Shown here piece by piece: positions 39,105 through 52,253 of a stretch of DNA of 64,000 bases (position 1 is the first letter of the stretch; each line of letters starts with the position of its first letter). This DNA comes from Vicugna vicugna (taxonomy: Eukaryota): positions 5,516,302-5,580,301 of the forward strand of contig MU058065.1 in NCBI GenBank assembly GCA_013265495.1, written 5' to 3'. Below the pieces are notes generated by a model. The model was not told where the DNA came from, ran no database searches, and worked only from the letters and a program-made list of their open reading frames with translations. Position numbers and translations under genes: made by a program.

Positions 39105-39530
39105 ATCTGTCAACCTACCTGTCAAGGTCCTGGAAGGAAAAGGACTCTATGCTCAAACTGAGTAATTTGAGAAAGCCTGAAAAAAGAGATTATGTTCAAA
39201 GTTGGGGGAAGGGTTTGTGGAAATTAACAAAGGATGCTATGGTACCTGAGAGCTGGCAACATTGGGACTGTTACCACCACTGGGCCTGACGTCATCAGAA
39301 CCAGGAGTGGCAGCTGAACAGAGAGGTGGCCATGGGCAGAGGTGGAGGCCACCCCGCGCCAAGCCACCCAGCAAGCAGGGAGCTGAGGGGTAAGTCCTCA
39401 AGTCCACCCTTCTCCTGCCCTGAATTCTCTCTCCGGTGTTCTCCAGCCCCACTTCCACTGGCCAAACCAAACCAGAGCCAGCGGGGGATCCACTCAAGTA
39501 GAGAAGGAAAGAGTCCTCCCTGCAGTGCAC
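39105..39530. mobile_element. Old ERVL-type LTR remnant (LTR33/LTR16-like)
   Basis: tcaaggtcctggaaggaaa...aacaaaggatgctatggtacctgagagctggcaac...cactggccaaaccaaaccagagccag. Confidence 0.5.
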
Positions 39531-41684
39531 TTTGCCCCCAAAGACAGCAACAGCGAGTCTGTGCGGTGTCACAGGTGACTCTGACCGGCCGAAGCTGTTC
39601 ACCAGCTGTGAACTCTGAGTGGCTCGGGGAGGCCAGGCCCTGACGGAACCCTGCAGGCTCCTCCCTCACCAATTAACAGTGAATAGCACTTGTTTAAACC
39701 AATGGGGCTCGGACCTACTGAGAGGGCTAGTTTCTGATCCTTAATTGGCATTACGATCCCAATGGACAGAAACCCTCTGAGTCTTTTTTTTAAAAAACCT
39801 AACTTTTCTTCCTGTGGAAACATTTCAGTGGACTTATTCACTGGTGTGCTGTTCATTTGCCCAGCAAGTTTAAAAAAAAAAAAAGAACCTCAGTTTGTCT
39901 TCTGTTTTAATGGCCTTTGTCAGTGCCTCTCAGGACCCAGAGCAGGTAGGGAAGAGTGGAAGGTGGGTCTGGAGGGGTAAGCAAAGTTATTCAGAGTGAA
40001 TGTTGGGGGAAAGTCAGGAAAGAAAGCAACCAAGGAGCAGACAAGCAGAGAGCAGAGTCCCTGAAATAAACGAGGGGACAAAGAGCCAAGGTCACAAACT
40101 CTTGTGTTCCCCAAAGCTACCTGTGGGACTCCGAGTCCAATCTCCAATTCTGCCCTCCTTGAGGCTGTCTCTTTGGCTCTGCCTGGCTTGCCAGGCAATT
40201 GTTCCCTTAAATATAAGATGTCTACAACCCACAGGCTACCTGGACTGCCTCTCCTGAGTTTCCCATTGAAGGGCTCTCCTCCCCATCTGTGGTCTTTCTC
40301 CAACTCACCCCAGGGACTCAGGGGCCACCCGGTGGTCTTGCATGTAGCATTCAACAGTTAGGATGGCCCCTCCCCACTGAAGTCACCAAGGAGGTGGAGT
40401 GGGGCAGCCCCTGACCCCTTCCCACTCTGTCCATTCAGTCTCCGGAAAACTGCACAGGGCTGGGCAGCTATTTAGAAAGCTCTGTATGGAAGAGTTGGGA
40501 CAATCTGCAACCGGGAATGATAACATGGGAGCAGGCCAGTTAAAGTCCTTAGTAACTTCATCCTTCCCCAGCATGAGCTGCCCCCCACTCCAAAGTGCAG
40601 TATGGCTTCTTCTAAGCTTCATCTTGGGGGCCAAATTCAAGACAAAAGGAGCCTTCTTATCTTTTCATGGCTGCTTCTTGGTGACTGTGATAGATCATTC
40701 TAGAAAGGTCAGGATTAAATTTCGTTGTTCTCCTGCCAGGGAGAGGGATGCGGAATGAAGAGGGTGTAGTCTGCTTCCGCTAGTTACACTAATAAGAAGG
40801 CCCAGAATGTGTGGGTCACCCAAGGGAAGCTTGGCCCTTACCACCAAAAAGCCCAACCCAACCCCAAGTCCCAAGGAAAGAGAGATCACCGTGGGCCAGT
40901 GAGTCCAGTCAAAGGCTCGGCTAAATGTGCCCTCTTAAATCAGCATCAGCACCCAGGCAGCTTCAGTGACACGGTACAGCCGACACAGGACTGAGGGCAA
41001 GGAGGGGTTAATTTAAGTAGACACATGCACCATTTAATCTGCAATTGGAAATTCTACCGCCAAACATGTGGAAAGCAGCTCTGTGAGCAATACTTTACAG
41101 AAGTTTTCATCAAAGAGACTCTGCTGCCCACCTCTCTGGGGCTCACTTCCCAGGAGAGAAGAAAGGGAAAGCAAGTCAGGATGCCCCCCTGCGTCCTTGA
41201 CTCAGGTGTGTAAGAGGTGGGGTGAAGAAAGTGTGAATGTGTGTGAGTGTGGTGTCTTCATGTGTGTGTCCTGGGACGTGTCAGGGAAGAGTGAGAACCA
41301 CTCTAAAGAAGACAGACCCAAGAGAAGATGTATCCAAACCCTGCTGGAGAATAAAGAAGAATGACAGGAAGGGGGTGTTGGCAGCGGGTGAGCTGTGCCG
41401 CCTGCTCCTTGGGGGACCCCCTCAAGGCTAGAGTAACCCTGTTATCAGCAGCAACATCACCTACCCAAGGCCAACTTCACTAAAGATGGCCAAGGGTGGG
41501 TCTCCCACATGGGCAGAATAGGGAGACCTCCAAGAGGCCTAAAGCGGGGGCCCAGCTACTCCCCTAAGTTTTGCCTCCTCCTCTGACTTGCCACAGTTCT
41601 CCCAAATTCCCGCCAGGAAATTCACCTCTGTCCACAGATGACCTCCTCTGCTCTAATATACACATGGCTCATAAAAGTCTGTAT

Positions 41685-41829
41685 CAGCAGTTCTCATCTG
41701 AAGGGAAATCGCAAGGTGCTGGCCCCATCCTCCAAGTAGATCTAAGATGGGGCCTAAGAATTTACCTTTCTACAAGTTCCCAGGAGATGTTGCCACTGCT
41801 GGTCCAGGACCACTTGCTGAGAGCCACTG
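41685..41829. mobile_element. MER5A-like hAT MITE
   Basis: Termini cagcagttctca / tgagagccactg; internal ggggcctaagaatttacctttctacaagttcccagg. Confidence 0.7.
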
Positions 41830-43587
41830 CTAGCTTCACTGAACTTGGCATCTGTCGTTTGGCAGGGAGCAGCTACTGAAGGGATCGGACACCAGAGCTG
41901 TAAATTTTGACAGTGGAAGACAGGAAAGGGAGCCTGGGGTAGGGGGTGAGGGCGGCCCTGCAGCGAGCCAGGTCCCACTAGAGGACCAGCCTGTGCCAGC
42001 AAATCCTGGGAGCTGGAAGAACTCCATGGAGACTCAGGTGGGAAGTGAGGGGCCTTTGCTCCCTTCCTTCAGGAGGGCACACTGCTAGCCACCCCCAGGT
42101 GGGAGGACAGCTGTGGCTGCTGCCTGAAGTCTCGGACAAAGCAAATGCAGAGCAGGCCTGGTGGGGCCCCACGGCCACAGCTTCCTTCCCTTCTACATTT
42201 ACTGTTCACGTCCAGAGCTGCTTCTCCAGACTCAGCCCCGTTTACCCGAACACTGCAGCTGAGGGGCCCTGCATGTGACTTTGAAACATCTGTTTTCCCT
42301 TTGCAAGTTTCTCATTCTGATTCTTCTCTCCCCCTCTCCTTGTCTTTCTCTATCACAATGCAGTTTCCCAGAAACAGAATTCTGACAAGCTTCAGGAAAA
42401 TCCGAAGGGTCCACGCAGTTTAAACTACAATTCAAAATCTTCCTGCTTGATTCACCCACTTTGAGCCAGAGAGCATGTTCTTTGGATCAGAGACAAAAGG
42501 GCCGCCCCTCCCCCCAACCACACAGCTCTCCAGGCTAGTTTCAGGACTGCAATTAGAAAGGGCTCTTTGGCTTTTAAAGATGGATTTCTAAATAATACAT
42601 ATGGGGCTTTTTTTTTCAGAGAGAATAGCTTTCAAAGGTCCGGTTAGCTACTCCTTTGCATATTAAGGAGTTCTTTTTATCTATCAAAAGGATTCTATGG
42701 GTCAGGCCAGGAGCGAGGACAGAAACTTAAAAGATGAGGGATACTTGGTTGACCAACGAAAGATACTACTCACTACTCGATACCTCTACAAAGAAGGCAG
42801 CACTACCCTAGGTATCCATGCTAAAATGCATAATGCAAAAAGAGCATGGCCTCATAGAGCAAGGGAATGACCTGGAACAGGGATGGCCAAAGATGCACCT
42901 GCTTCAGTCAGTGGCTTTTTGGACCCAGTTCTGGTTTGGGCAGCTCTTTAAGGAGGACAGTAAAGCCATGAGCTTAAACTCCCGAGTCCCTATTCCCAAA
43001 CCCCCGCCATTGAGGCCCTCGGTGACCAAATGGTCAGTCTGTCCCTGCTCAAGCAGGGGATTTGTGGGGATTTCCCTTGGCCACCCTTCTCCCCATCCAT
43101 CAAATCATTCTTGCTCAGAGCTGTGTAAGCTAAACTAACGTGCACACGCACACAAAGCAGCTATCTTTCTCCATCCGCCCAAAGCTGCAGTCCTCATGAG
43201 ATGTGTTCAAATAACAAAATCACTGTTCTGTGTATTTCTTGGCATTTACAGCAACACCTTGTCAGGTTTCCCCAAACCCATAAATACGCTGTCATGAAGG
43301 TCCCCCTTTACAGCCCAGTGTGGAGGAACTCAGCCATCTGCTTTCAGGTTTCAACCGTTTTCACTTATCTTCCACTTTGTTTTATGGGATGGGATTAGGC
43401 CTGGATTTCTGCAGATAACCGAGTTTCGCTCTACTGCCTGTCAGTTTTTCCATCTCAGGCCACATGTGTAGGCTGATAATTGGAGCTCAGACGCTCATCC
43501 TGCCTCAGGAATGGTCCTTGTCAATGAACTTTAACCTCCTCAGTGTTGCCCATTATGAAGCACATCTTTCACTCTTTCAGGAATAAG

Positions 43588-43700
43588 GAAAAGAAAAGAA
43601 AAGAAAAGAAAAGAAAAGAAAAGAAAAGAAAAGAAAAGAAAGGAAAAGAAAAGAAAAGAAAAGAAAAGACAAGACAAGACAAGACAAGACAAGACAAGAC
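43588..43700 (+). repeat. Compound pentanucleotide microsatellite (GAAAA)n-(GACAA)n
   Basis: Directly visible; explains the KEKKR/FFSFL ORFs. Confidence 0.99.
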
Positions 43701-43955
43701 CTGCTCTGGAATGATGCAGCCAAATGTTGCAATTCAGCAAAACACACAGCTATAGAAGCCCTCGGCATGAAGAACACTCCATCTGTGGGTGGTTCTTAGG
43801 TTCTGAGTGAACAGAAGAGCTTCATAGGCTTTTGAGGAAACAAGTAGAAACCACAACATACAGCAACTGTGTCCCTGAGTGAGGACAGAAGAGTCCCAAT
43901 CTATCCCCTGGGTGCTAGGCCGGTGAGCTTGTGTGCGGAGGGATATGGCTTACAG

Positions 43956-44062
43956 CAGTGGTTCTCCAAGTGTGGTACCCAGACCAGCAGCAGCAGCAGC
44001 ATCACCTGGATTTAATAAGATCTCTGATGACTAGGAGACACATCAAAGTTGGAGAAGCACTG
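43956..44062. mobile_element. Internally deleted MER5A with 8-bp TSD
   Basis: TIRs cagtggttctccaa / ttggagaagcactg; TSD GCTTACAG (43948-43955) / GCTTATAG (44063-44070). Confidence 0.8.
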
Positions 44063-44239
44063 GCTTATAGGTCAGAGTGGGGCACTGCACATTGACCCTG
44101 TGTAGCCGGGATCCTGTGTGACTTAATGGGGAAGAGGCCAGTCTGGTTTAGAAAGTCCTAGATTACAGTCCTGGTTCTATACCAACTGGCAATCTGACTC
44201 AGTTACTTTACTTCTGGGGAACAGCTATAGAAGAAGACC

Positions 44240-44415
44240 CCTGGTTTTCTAACTTGACCGCCCACTGTAATCTCCGGGAAATTTGTTTAAATTATAGATG
44301 CCCAGGTCCCACACCCAGAGATTCAAATATAATTGGTATGGGTGCAGCCTGGACATCGGGAGCTTTAAAAGCTCCCCAGGTGACTGTAATGTGAAGCTAA
44401 GGCTGAAAACCTGTG
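44240..44415. mobile_element. MER5A1/MER5B-like hAT MITE
   Basis: gatgcccaggtcccacacccagagattc...tttaaaagctccccaggtgactgtaatgtg. Confidence 0.75.
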
Positions 44416-45892
44416 CACTTGATGGTCTGTAAGGCCTTATTAGCTCTAAAATACAATGACTGGGTCAATTCTATGGCTCTAGGTAAGTATTAGAGGTAAA
44501 AACAATTTTTAAGCCTAAAGCTAGGACACTCCCAAGGACTTGATCTGTTTTATTATGTCCCTGATTTAAACAGGTTTAAGAATAATCATCGTTGAAAGCT
44601 CTGATTAATTAGGTTCCAGTTCATTGAAGTCTTACTCTAATATATTTCTTTAAGTGGATTTCATATTTCACATGGGGAGTTTCAGAGCATGTGCTCTAGT
44701 CCTCATCAGAGCCTCCACTCAAATTTTATTTATGCAAGTTGATGACTTGCCTATCTATTTTTTTCCTTTGAAGTCAAGTTATAAATGTACAGTGAGTTCT
44801 GTCCTCTTATACTAACCTATGATCTTTTTTAAATCCACATGTTCACTGAAGTTAGAGGAAGGTATTTAAAAATAAAGAGGAGCTGTTTTCAGTCTTCCTT
44901 CTGAACAACTGCATTGCATTTCATCCCCTCCTATGTGGATTTCTTGCTGTTTCATTTGGGAAAAGACATTGTGGTTTTGGCTTCCATTGACTGACCTATT
45001 TAGCTTCCCCACTTTGGGTAAGTTTAGCTAGGTGAATCAATTTATATAGTGTCCTCTAAGTTGTCACTCTTAGTGACAAGCAGAAAATTGAAATTTGCAA
45101 GCCGTTAGCTGTTAAGATGGTACCTGAGACTTTAAGGTTTAAAAAAAAAAAAAGCAAGTTCAACTGGTCAGATTACGAGTTCTTTAAAAAAAAAAACCTC
45201 TATATGTACATGATGTATTTTTAATAAATTTAATAGGAACAAATACATCTCAGCCTTATGAGAGACTGAATCACTGTCCATGGAGCCGCCAGAAATCAGC
45301 AGCCCCCTCCCAGTTCCTCTCTCAGGCCCCACAGTGTTTGGAGCTGTTCTCTCTGAACAACTGCCGCATCCTTCTCTGCCTGAGGACTGGCCTTCTCTGA
45401 TTCCCCACACTCATGACAAAAGATGGGTGCCCACCACTTTCAAGCTTGTAACATTTAAGTTCAAGCAAATGGCCCCTCATTAACATGACCCTCTCAAGGG
45501 AAGCTCTGAATACCCAGGAAAGAGAATGTGAGAGCCCAACATATGTCAGGTGTCCACACCTGCTTCAGTCTGTGGCCACGGATGGGGAGGACATTACGTA
45601 TAAACATGGCTGCCACCACCCACCATGTTGGAGAACAAGGAGCAAAGCTCAGAGAACAGGAAGCATCAGAACTAGGCAGATTCCCCAAAAAGGAGTTTCC
45701 AACCATTGCCCATTTATTTGAATAATAGAGCTTGAATGGCAGGTTGTCTGAGACCCAATTATTCCCCCAAGTTGGGCTTTTGTCATGGATATCAGACACA
45801 TCCCCACCTGAGCCCTCCTGTGCCTCACTAAGCAGTGATGGAGGTAATAGATGGATGATGCTGTGTACTATACTGTCTCAAGCATGACTCGC

Positions 45893-46340
45893 ATGACAAA
45901 GGCTGACAGTTATTCCCAATATCTATTTCTTCTTCTCCTATAAAACTAGAACTTGTAGTCAGGCAGATAGCCAGCTGGAAAAAAGGTTACATTTCTTAGT
46001 TTCCCTTGCTTCTAGGTATGACTATCTGACTACATTCTGGCCAACAGGGTTTGAGCAAATCCTCGTAAAAGGGAGGGGTTCTCCCGCTCCTCTTCCTCAA
46101 TCCTTCATTCTGCTGCTTAGAACGTGGTCGTGCACATGGGAGCCAGGCAACCTGGACTGTGAAGATGCAGAAACACTCTAAGGTTGGCAGAGCAAAAAGA
46201 TAGAAGGTGCCCGGGCCCCTGATGATGTCAGAGAGCAAAGCCACCACATCAGCTTGACCTTTTATGTAAGAAATACATGCAGGTCTACCCTGTTTAAACC
46301 ACTGTTACTTGTTTCTGTCACACACAGCAGAGACTACGTC
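45893..46340 (+). mobile_element. MaLR LTR (MLT1I/J-like)
   Basis: acatttcttagtttcccttgc...tgactacattctggccaa...tgtttaaaccactgttac. Confidence 0.65.
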
Positions 46341-49300
46341 CACTGCTTGTACAATCATAAAGCTCCAGAATTTCGGTCTTATAATGTAATTTAGAAATTG
46401 TCTAGTTCAACCCTTCATAGTACAAATGAGGACTTAGTGACCAAGAAGAGAAAATGACTGCCTCATCACATATTTGGGGTTCAACCTAGGTCTTCGGACC
46501 CCAACCCACCCGACTCCCAGCCTCAGAGCTTTGTCCGTCATACTGCACCAACCATTTCCACTAAGTCACCAATGAACACTGACATGCATGATCAAATTTG
46601 GTTTTTAAAAACTTGCTCCCACATACAAGATGATGCCTAAGTGAAACAACAGCAACTCCCTCCTTATAAAAGGAACAAAGTGTTCTAGTTCTGGGTCTCC
46701 CTTCTTTCATTTTTCTATAGCCCACACTTTGGACCCTCTCTAGATCTCCACTCCCTCAGAGTCACATTTAGGAGGTGCTTTGGGACATGCAGGAAGACCC
46801 TGAATCTCCCCGGGCCTCCCATCCCCCCTTGGAAAAATGAAATTGGACAAATTCATTTGATTCTGAAACTCTTAAAATTTTGTTAAGGCTTCCATCTTTG
46901 GAAAGTGGGACCTCTAAGAGCAAAGGTGGAAAGGAAAGACTAACGAGGGTTTTCCTTCTGTTTGCCCTTCTTGGGGGAGTTTACATTAATAGAACTTGGT
47001 TTTGGAACTCTCATTTCCACCCACTTTGAGGGGGAAAAAAGGCACATATAGAACCCCTAAACACACACAAACTGATTGTACCCAACCTCGGACCCATCGT
47101 TTGCTTTTGGGAAAAAAAAAATACATGGGGAGATGAAATCAGAAAAAAAAAAAGGAGAAAGGACCCAAAAAGTTGTATGCCTCTTTTTACCAATAGGAGT
47201 AAAGAACAAAGAGGACAGAAGGAAAATCAATCAGAACTCAACAGTATACATATAATCATCTACCCCCTGCTTTAACAAGTAATTTAAAATTGAGCCTTTA
47301 CGTATTTGACTCCTGCTTACTTCTTTGCTGCCCCCACTTACGCTCCTCCCTATACTGTCCTTGTCACTCACTATAAAGCAAAATGCAGCCTCCATTGTGC
47401 CCTCACAGTGAGGGGGGAGGGAGGGAGTGATGCTAAAGCACCAGCTGGTTAGGACAGGTGATCATGCCTCCACCAGGGGGAACTGATGAAGCCTTCAAAG
47501 GGGGCTCCGAATCCCTCCAGCAGAACTAAGGAGCTGAGAGATGCCACTCAGTGAGAGGCAAGTGGCAGTGAGAGGTGGAGGAGTGAGAGGTGAGAGGAGT
47601 GAGAGGTGGAGGAGTGCTCTCTATCTGGCTCTGGGGCAGAAGCAGCCCCTGGATGAAGCCACGTTCCACCTCTACTCTAGAGAGTTGCCCAGGAACTCGG
47701 CCATCTCCCGTGTGCTTCCTGTTTCTGAATGTTCCACCTTTCCCAGTTCATCTCCTAGGCCCCAGGGAAATGTGAAGATCTGTCTGCTGGACACAGACAG
47801 GGAAGCTGAGCACTACCACCTTCCACAAATCTCTCTAAAATGCCCCATCATATTTATGCCTCCTAGATATTGAGCCTTGCCCTTAAAAATATAAATGCAA
47901 GACCTCCTTTGCAAAGGGCAGCTCAAGTTTCAAAAACACACCAGGAAGGTTTTTCTGTTCACACACTGGATCAAGACTTCGGTTTAATGAATTAGCCCAA
48001 CCCTGCATTTGCACCAGCAGGTGTCTCCAGGGAGAGGTGCAGCGCCCTACTCACAGCCTCTACTCCAACCCCTGGCCCCTGTTCCATCCATTAATAACAA
48101 TTGCAAATAACTGTGAATTAGAATCTTTCCCATGCAAGAAACTGTCTTTAAGAAAACAGATTGTTCTTTACGCACTGGAGATGGCTGCTTCAAATTTCCA
48201 AGCTAATAGGTTAAAGAATGCTAAGGAGGCAAAAACAATCATGAGACAATGTTAATTAAACCTGAATGGAATTACTAATTAAGAATAGACCCAGGAAAAC
48301 AAAATTTTCTTCAGCCAAACTGAAATCTATATGTGAGTTACAGGCTGAATTCACGGCATTTAGCCTTTCAACTGCAAGTTGTAACAATTTTGGGAAAGTG
48401 CCTATTGAGAACAAGCTATTCCCAGGATGCCATTCGCGGCAGCCGAATTCTAACATCTCCATCAGCAGCAACATTTTAAACTGCGTGGATAACATATTAA
48501 AATAGCCTCCACTTTCATAAATTCAACCTTGCCAGTATTTGCGAACACTGAATTCTGAAAATCATGTCATAAATAAAAATTTCATGAGCCACCGCCTCTT
48601 CTTTAAACTCAGCCGCAGACCATAAAAAAATTATGAAGTTACATCTCTCCAAAATGTGCACAGTCTCTGGGGCCAAGGGAGACTTCCCAGATGAAAGAGG
48701 AAAGTGTGTGGTCCCTGGGGGCCTGGGCAGCCTTGCCCCGCAGCCCAAAGATGCCTCCACATCTTGTAACTCCTGCAGCTTCGCCCTTAAAATGAACCTT
48801 AGTAGCTGACAGATACCAACAGGTACTCAGACTCAAAGAGAATGAAGGTGGAATAACCATTATCACTAGTTCCTGGTGCTCAGCCTCGATCTTGGAGACA
48901 TCACAGTCCTTTCCCAGCTGTCCTCCAATCAGCAGTGACTTAGTGGCTCAGGGTAGAGGATGGGGGTGCCTGGCAGGACTAGCTCAGTAAAGATGCTATA
49001 AACTGGACTGCATTTATTCATTCTTTTAACGCTGGTCTATCAAGGTCTCCATTTTATCAAGGTCTATACAGTACTGCATATAGTATAAGGACCTCTGAAT
49101 AGCACAGAGATCCAAACAGGCTCTTAGGATCAGCCCTTGGAGAACAGAGCAGGTGGGGAGCAGCCCAATTTCCCTTTGCTGCCCCCCAACTTGGGACTGG
49201 TTCTTCCTCCCTCTTCCTCCCTCTTTGCAATGACTCAGAACTCTCTGTCCCCATCAAATCTGCTTTAGAGTGCCTGATGTCAGTATCAGGCACTCAGGAT

Positions 49301-49539
49301 AAAATGTCTGACTGCTGTTGTTCATAATAACCGGCTTCCATTCTGTTAGTCCTTACTCTGCGTCAGGCCCACCCACGCTGGGAACTGTCCCTACACTGAC
49401 TCATTTCACTCCCATCACTATCTGTGTGGGGTGCAGCTCAGATCAGCAAAGGCTGCTCAAGGCCGTGGGCTTCCTTCAAAAGCTATGTACAGAGGCCACC
49501 ACAGGCTGCCCACGTCCATCAGAGTCAAAGCCCAAACTT

Positions 49540-50010
49540 TCACAGCAGGTCCTGAAGACCCTGCCCCATTGGCCCCATGGCTGACCCCCGACCTCATCTC
49601 TGCAACCCACCAGCACACGTCTGCTTTGGGGCCATGATGCTGGCTGTGTCCTCTGCACTCGCTTTCTCAGAGACCAGCATGGTCACTTTCTCTTCTCCCC
49701 TAAGGCTTTACCCAAATATCACCTTCTCGGTGAGACTTTCCCTGATCACCCCATTGAAAACTGCAACCCTCCAACCCCCCTGCCCCACTGCCCACACACA
49801 CATCCCCTACCCCACTTCGCCTACTTTATTTTTCCCCATAGCAATTATTACTGTCTAAAACACATGATTTAGTCATTTCATTTGTTTATTTTCTCTGTTA
49901 TATTCCCAGCTGTAAGCTCCCAAGGCCAGGGTTGTCTGTCCATTTTCCTCACTGCTGTAACTCCAGTATTTGGAAAGTAGGCACTCAGTAAACATTTACT
50001 GAATGGATAA
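49540..50010 (+). mobile_element. L2 LINE 3' end
   Basis: caaatatcaccttctcggtgagactttccctgatcaccc...tgtaagctccc...gtaggcactcagtaaacatttactgaatg. Confidence 0.75.
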
Positions 50011-50676
50011 TGAAGAACTTGTTTAAAACTACATTCCCTTCATAATTCTGTGGCCTCTTAGGGCATTTCTGATGGGGCATAACATGGGTGGATTTTAGTG
50101 AAGCAATAAGACTGGATTAGACAACCAATTCCTTCTTTTCTACCCAATCTTTTTATTGCCCCATTTCTCCTTATATGAATTTAAAAGGGTCCACATGAAA
50201 GCAGAAGAGTGTGGAGTGCTGGGAAATTGCTGTGGCCCCTTTTCAGAAACCACCCACAACATCATGTGATTTGAGGGACAAAAAGAGATCCCTGTCACCA
50301 AAATAGAACCTCTCTTTGCTCTCTCTGACTCTTTGTAATAGGGTGAAGTTGGTTCGCAGAGACATTAAGCACTCAATGTCGTCTACTTTTCTTTCTGTAG
50401 TTTTAGGTGGACATCATTTCAGCTTATCGATCCTAGAGGAAAGAAAGGCCTTTCCTGCCTGGTGGCCAGCGGAAGGCCCAGAGAGGCATTTTGATTGGCT
50501 CAGTGTTAAAACATCATGACTAATCAGGCCTGGAATGTGTGTCCACTGCTACGGCCAAGAGCAGAGGCAGCATCCCTAGAACCATTTGACACAGAGAAGC
50601 AACAGTTCTCCTTTGGGAGGTGGGCCATTGAGAAAAGGAGAGAGAATAGAAAGAGAGGATGAAAGGGAGAGAAAAC

Positions 50677-51183
50677 TGAAGGAAACCAGAATATGTCACT
50701 CCAAATATGCTTCTCTGACATAAAAATTATCTTGAGCTAAAGGCACTTAACAGCAGGTGCAAGAAGGATGCTCTGACCTTCCCCCTTTTATTCCTGAAAG
50801 CAGGAGATAAAACCCCATGTGGAAGATGTCCTCCCTACACGGGAAAGAAAGTACCATTACCATCATCTGTCTCCAAGGACAGGAAGTTATGACTGAGAGA
50901 ATTCTGTACAAACAGGTTTTGTTAAAATAATTCTGATCTTCCTTTAGTCTCCCCACATAGTCTAGTTACTTTTCCACACCTGTTTCTTTCTGTTCAACCT
51001 GGAATAAAGCATTTAGGTTTTCCTTGGGTCTTCCTTTCCTTATGAGGGCTCCTGTGTCACACAGAACTCACATTAAATAAATGTGTATGCTTTTCTCCTG
51101 TTAATCTCTCTTATGTCAACTTAATTCTAAGGCTCAGCCAAAAACCCTAAGAAGGTAAAGGTAAGATTTTTGCCTCCTCTACA
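50677..51183 (+). mobile_element. ERV1 solo LTR, MER34-family-like, complete with 4-bp TSD
   Basis: TG...CA termini, AAAC on both sides (50673-50676, 51184-51187), MER34-like ends tgaaggaaaccagaatatgtcactccaaatatgc and ttttgcctcctctaca. Confidence 0.85.
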
Positions 51184-52253
51184 AAACCGACATGCAGCCC
51201 ATAGAGAACAGAGGTGCCAGGTCCACCCTGCTTGAGGGGACAAGGAGAGGCCTCCACAGTAAAGACGAATGGTCCCCACAGTCTTGGAGGAAACCTAAGG
51301 CATTCACTCTTTCTTCTCTTCCTTCCCAAAGATGCTGCTTCAAATCCCAACTTGTAAGTGATCTGAGAACTGGGTGATACCATAATCACATCCGTATATT
51401 GCTTTCTTATTACTCCACATGACAATATGTGAGGTGTAATTATCTCCCTTGATCCCTCAGACTAGGTTTGTAACGTAGAAACAAGTTAATCCAAAAGATT
51501 AACTTCAAATCACAAAATAGCAAACAGCAGAAGCAGAACTCACACTCCAGCTCCTAGTCTGTGCTCTCTGCACAAAATCACACTTTGCTCTTATCACAGA
51601 AACTTCAAAATGATGTGCACTTCATTAAGCAGGATGGCTGAAATATCATACCTATTTTAACATATATTCAGTGTTATGGGCATATGTCAAAAAGATAAAG
51701 CTTTTTGCTCCCTCAGAATTTGACAAGTTAAGGTCAGGATCCTCAAATCAAGCAAATACGAAAATACAACATTTTCACATTTAAGACAGGAAAGGCTTTC
51801 TTTATTAGAACTTGAATGCAGCATCAATCGCATTCAATTTACAGACCTCCAACCCTCTCCTTGCTTGTGTTCATTCTAAAAATTAGCATGCCATTCCTGA
51901 AGATCTCTTACACATCTATTTACAAGCAGCTATGAATTCAAATCAGATGGCAATCTTGGGATCCAGCTGTTGCTTCTCCAGCCCACAAAATCTCCACAAA
52001 CCCCCCCAGAGTGCTAAATTACTACCTCAGTCCTCTTCGCTTAACCTCAAACTGGGTCACCCTCTAATCAAGCAACATTAATGACTAGCAACATATTTTT
52101 CTTCTCCTCTTAATTAGAGTAATTCCACCCTGGCAGCAACTCTCAGACTGAAACTATGCTAATGACAAAGTTTTGATTCAGAGAAAAGCGACAAGCGATC
52201 AAAAGTAACTAACCCAATTGACTCCTGGTGGACTGCCAGTCAAGAGAGCAGGC

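Noticed and set aside
43540..43777. KEKKR / FFSFL ORFs
   Set aside because: Translations of the pentanucleotide microsatellite.
45061..45079. 8-bp hairpin TTGTCACT-CTT-AGTGACAA; similar 9-bp imperfect stem at 52968-52990
   Set aside because: Stems this short are expected by chance in 64 kb.
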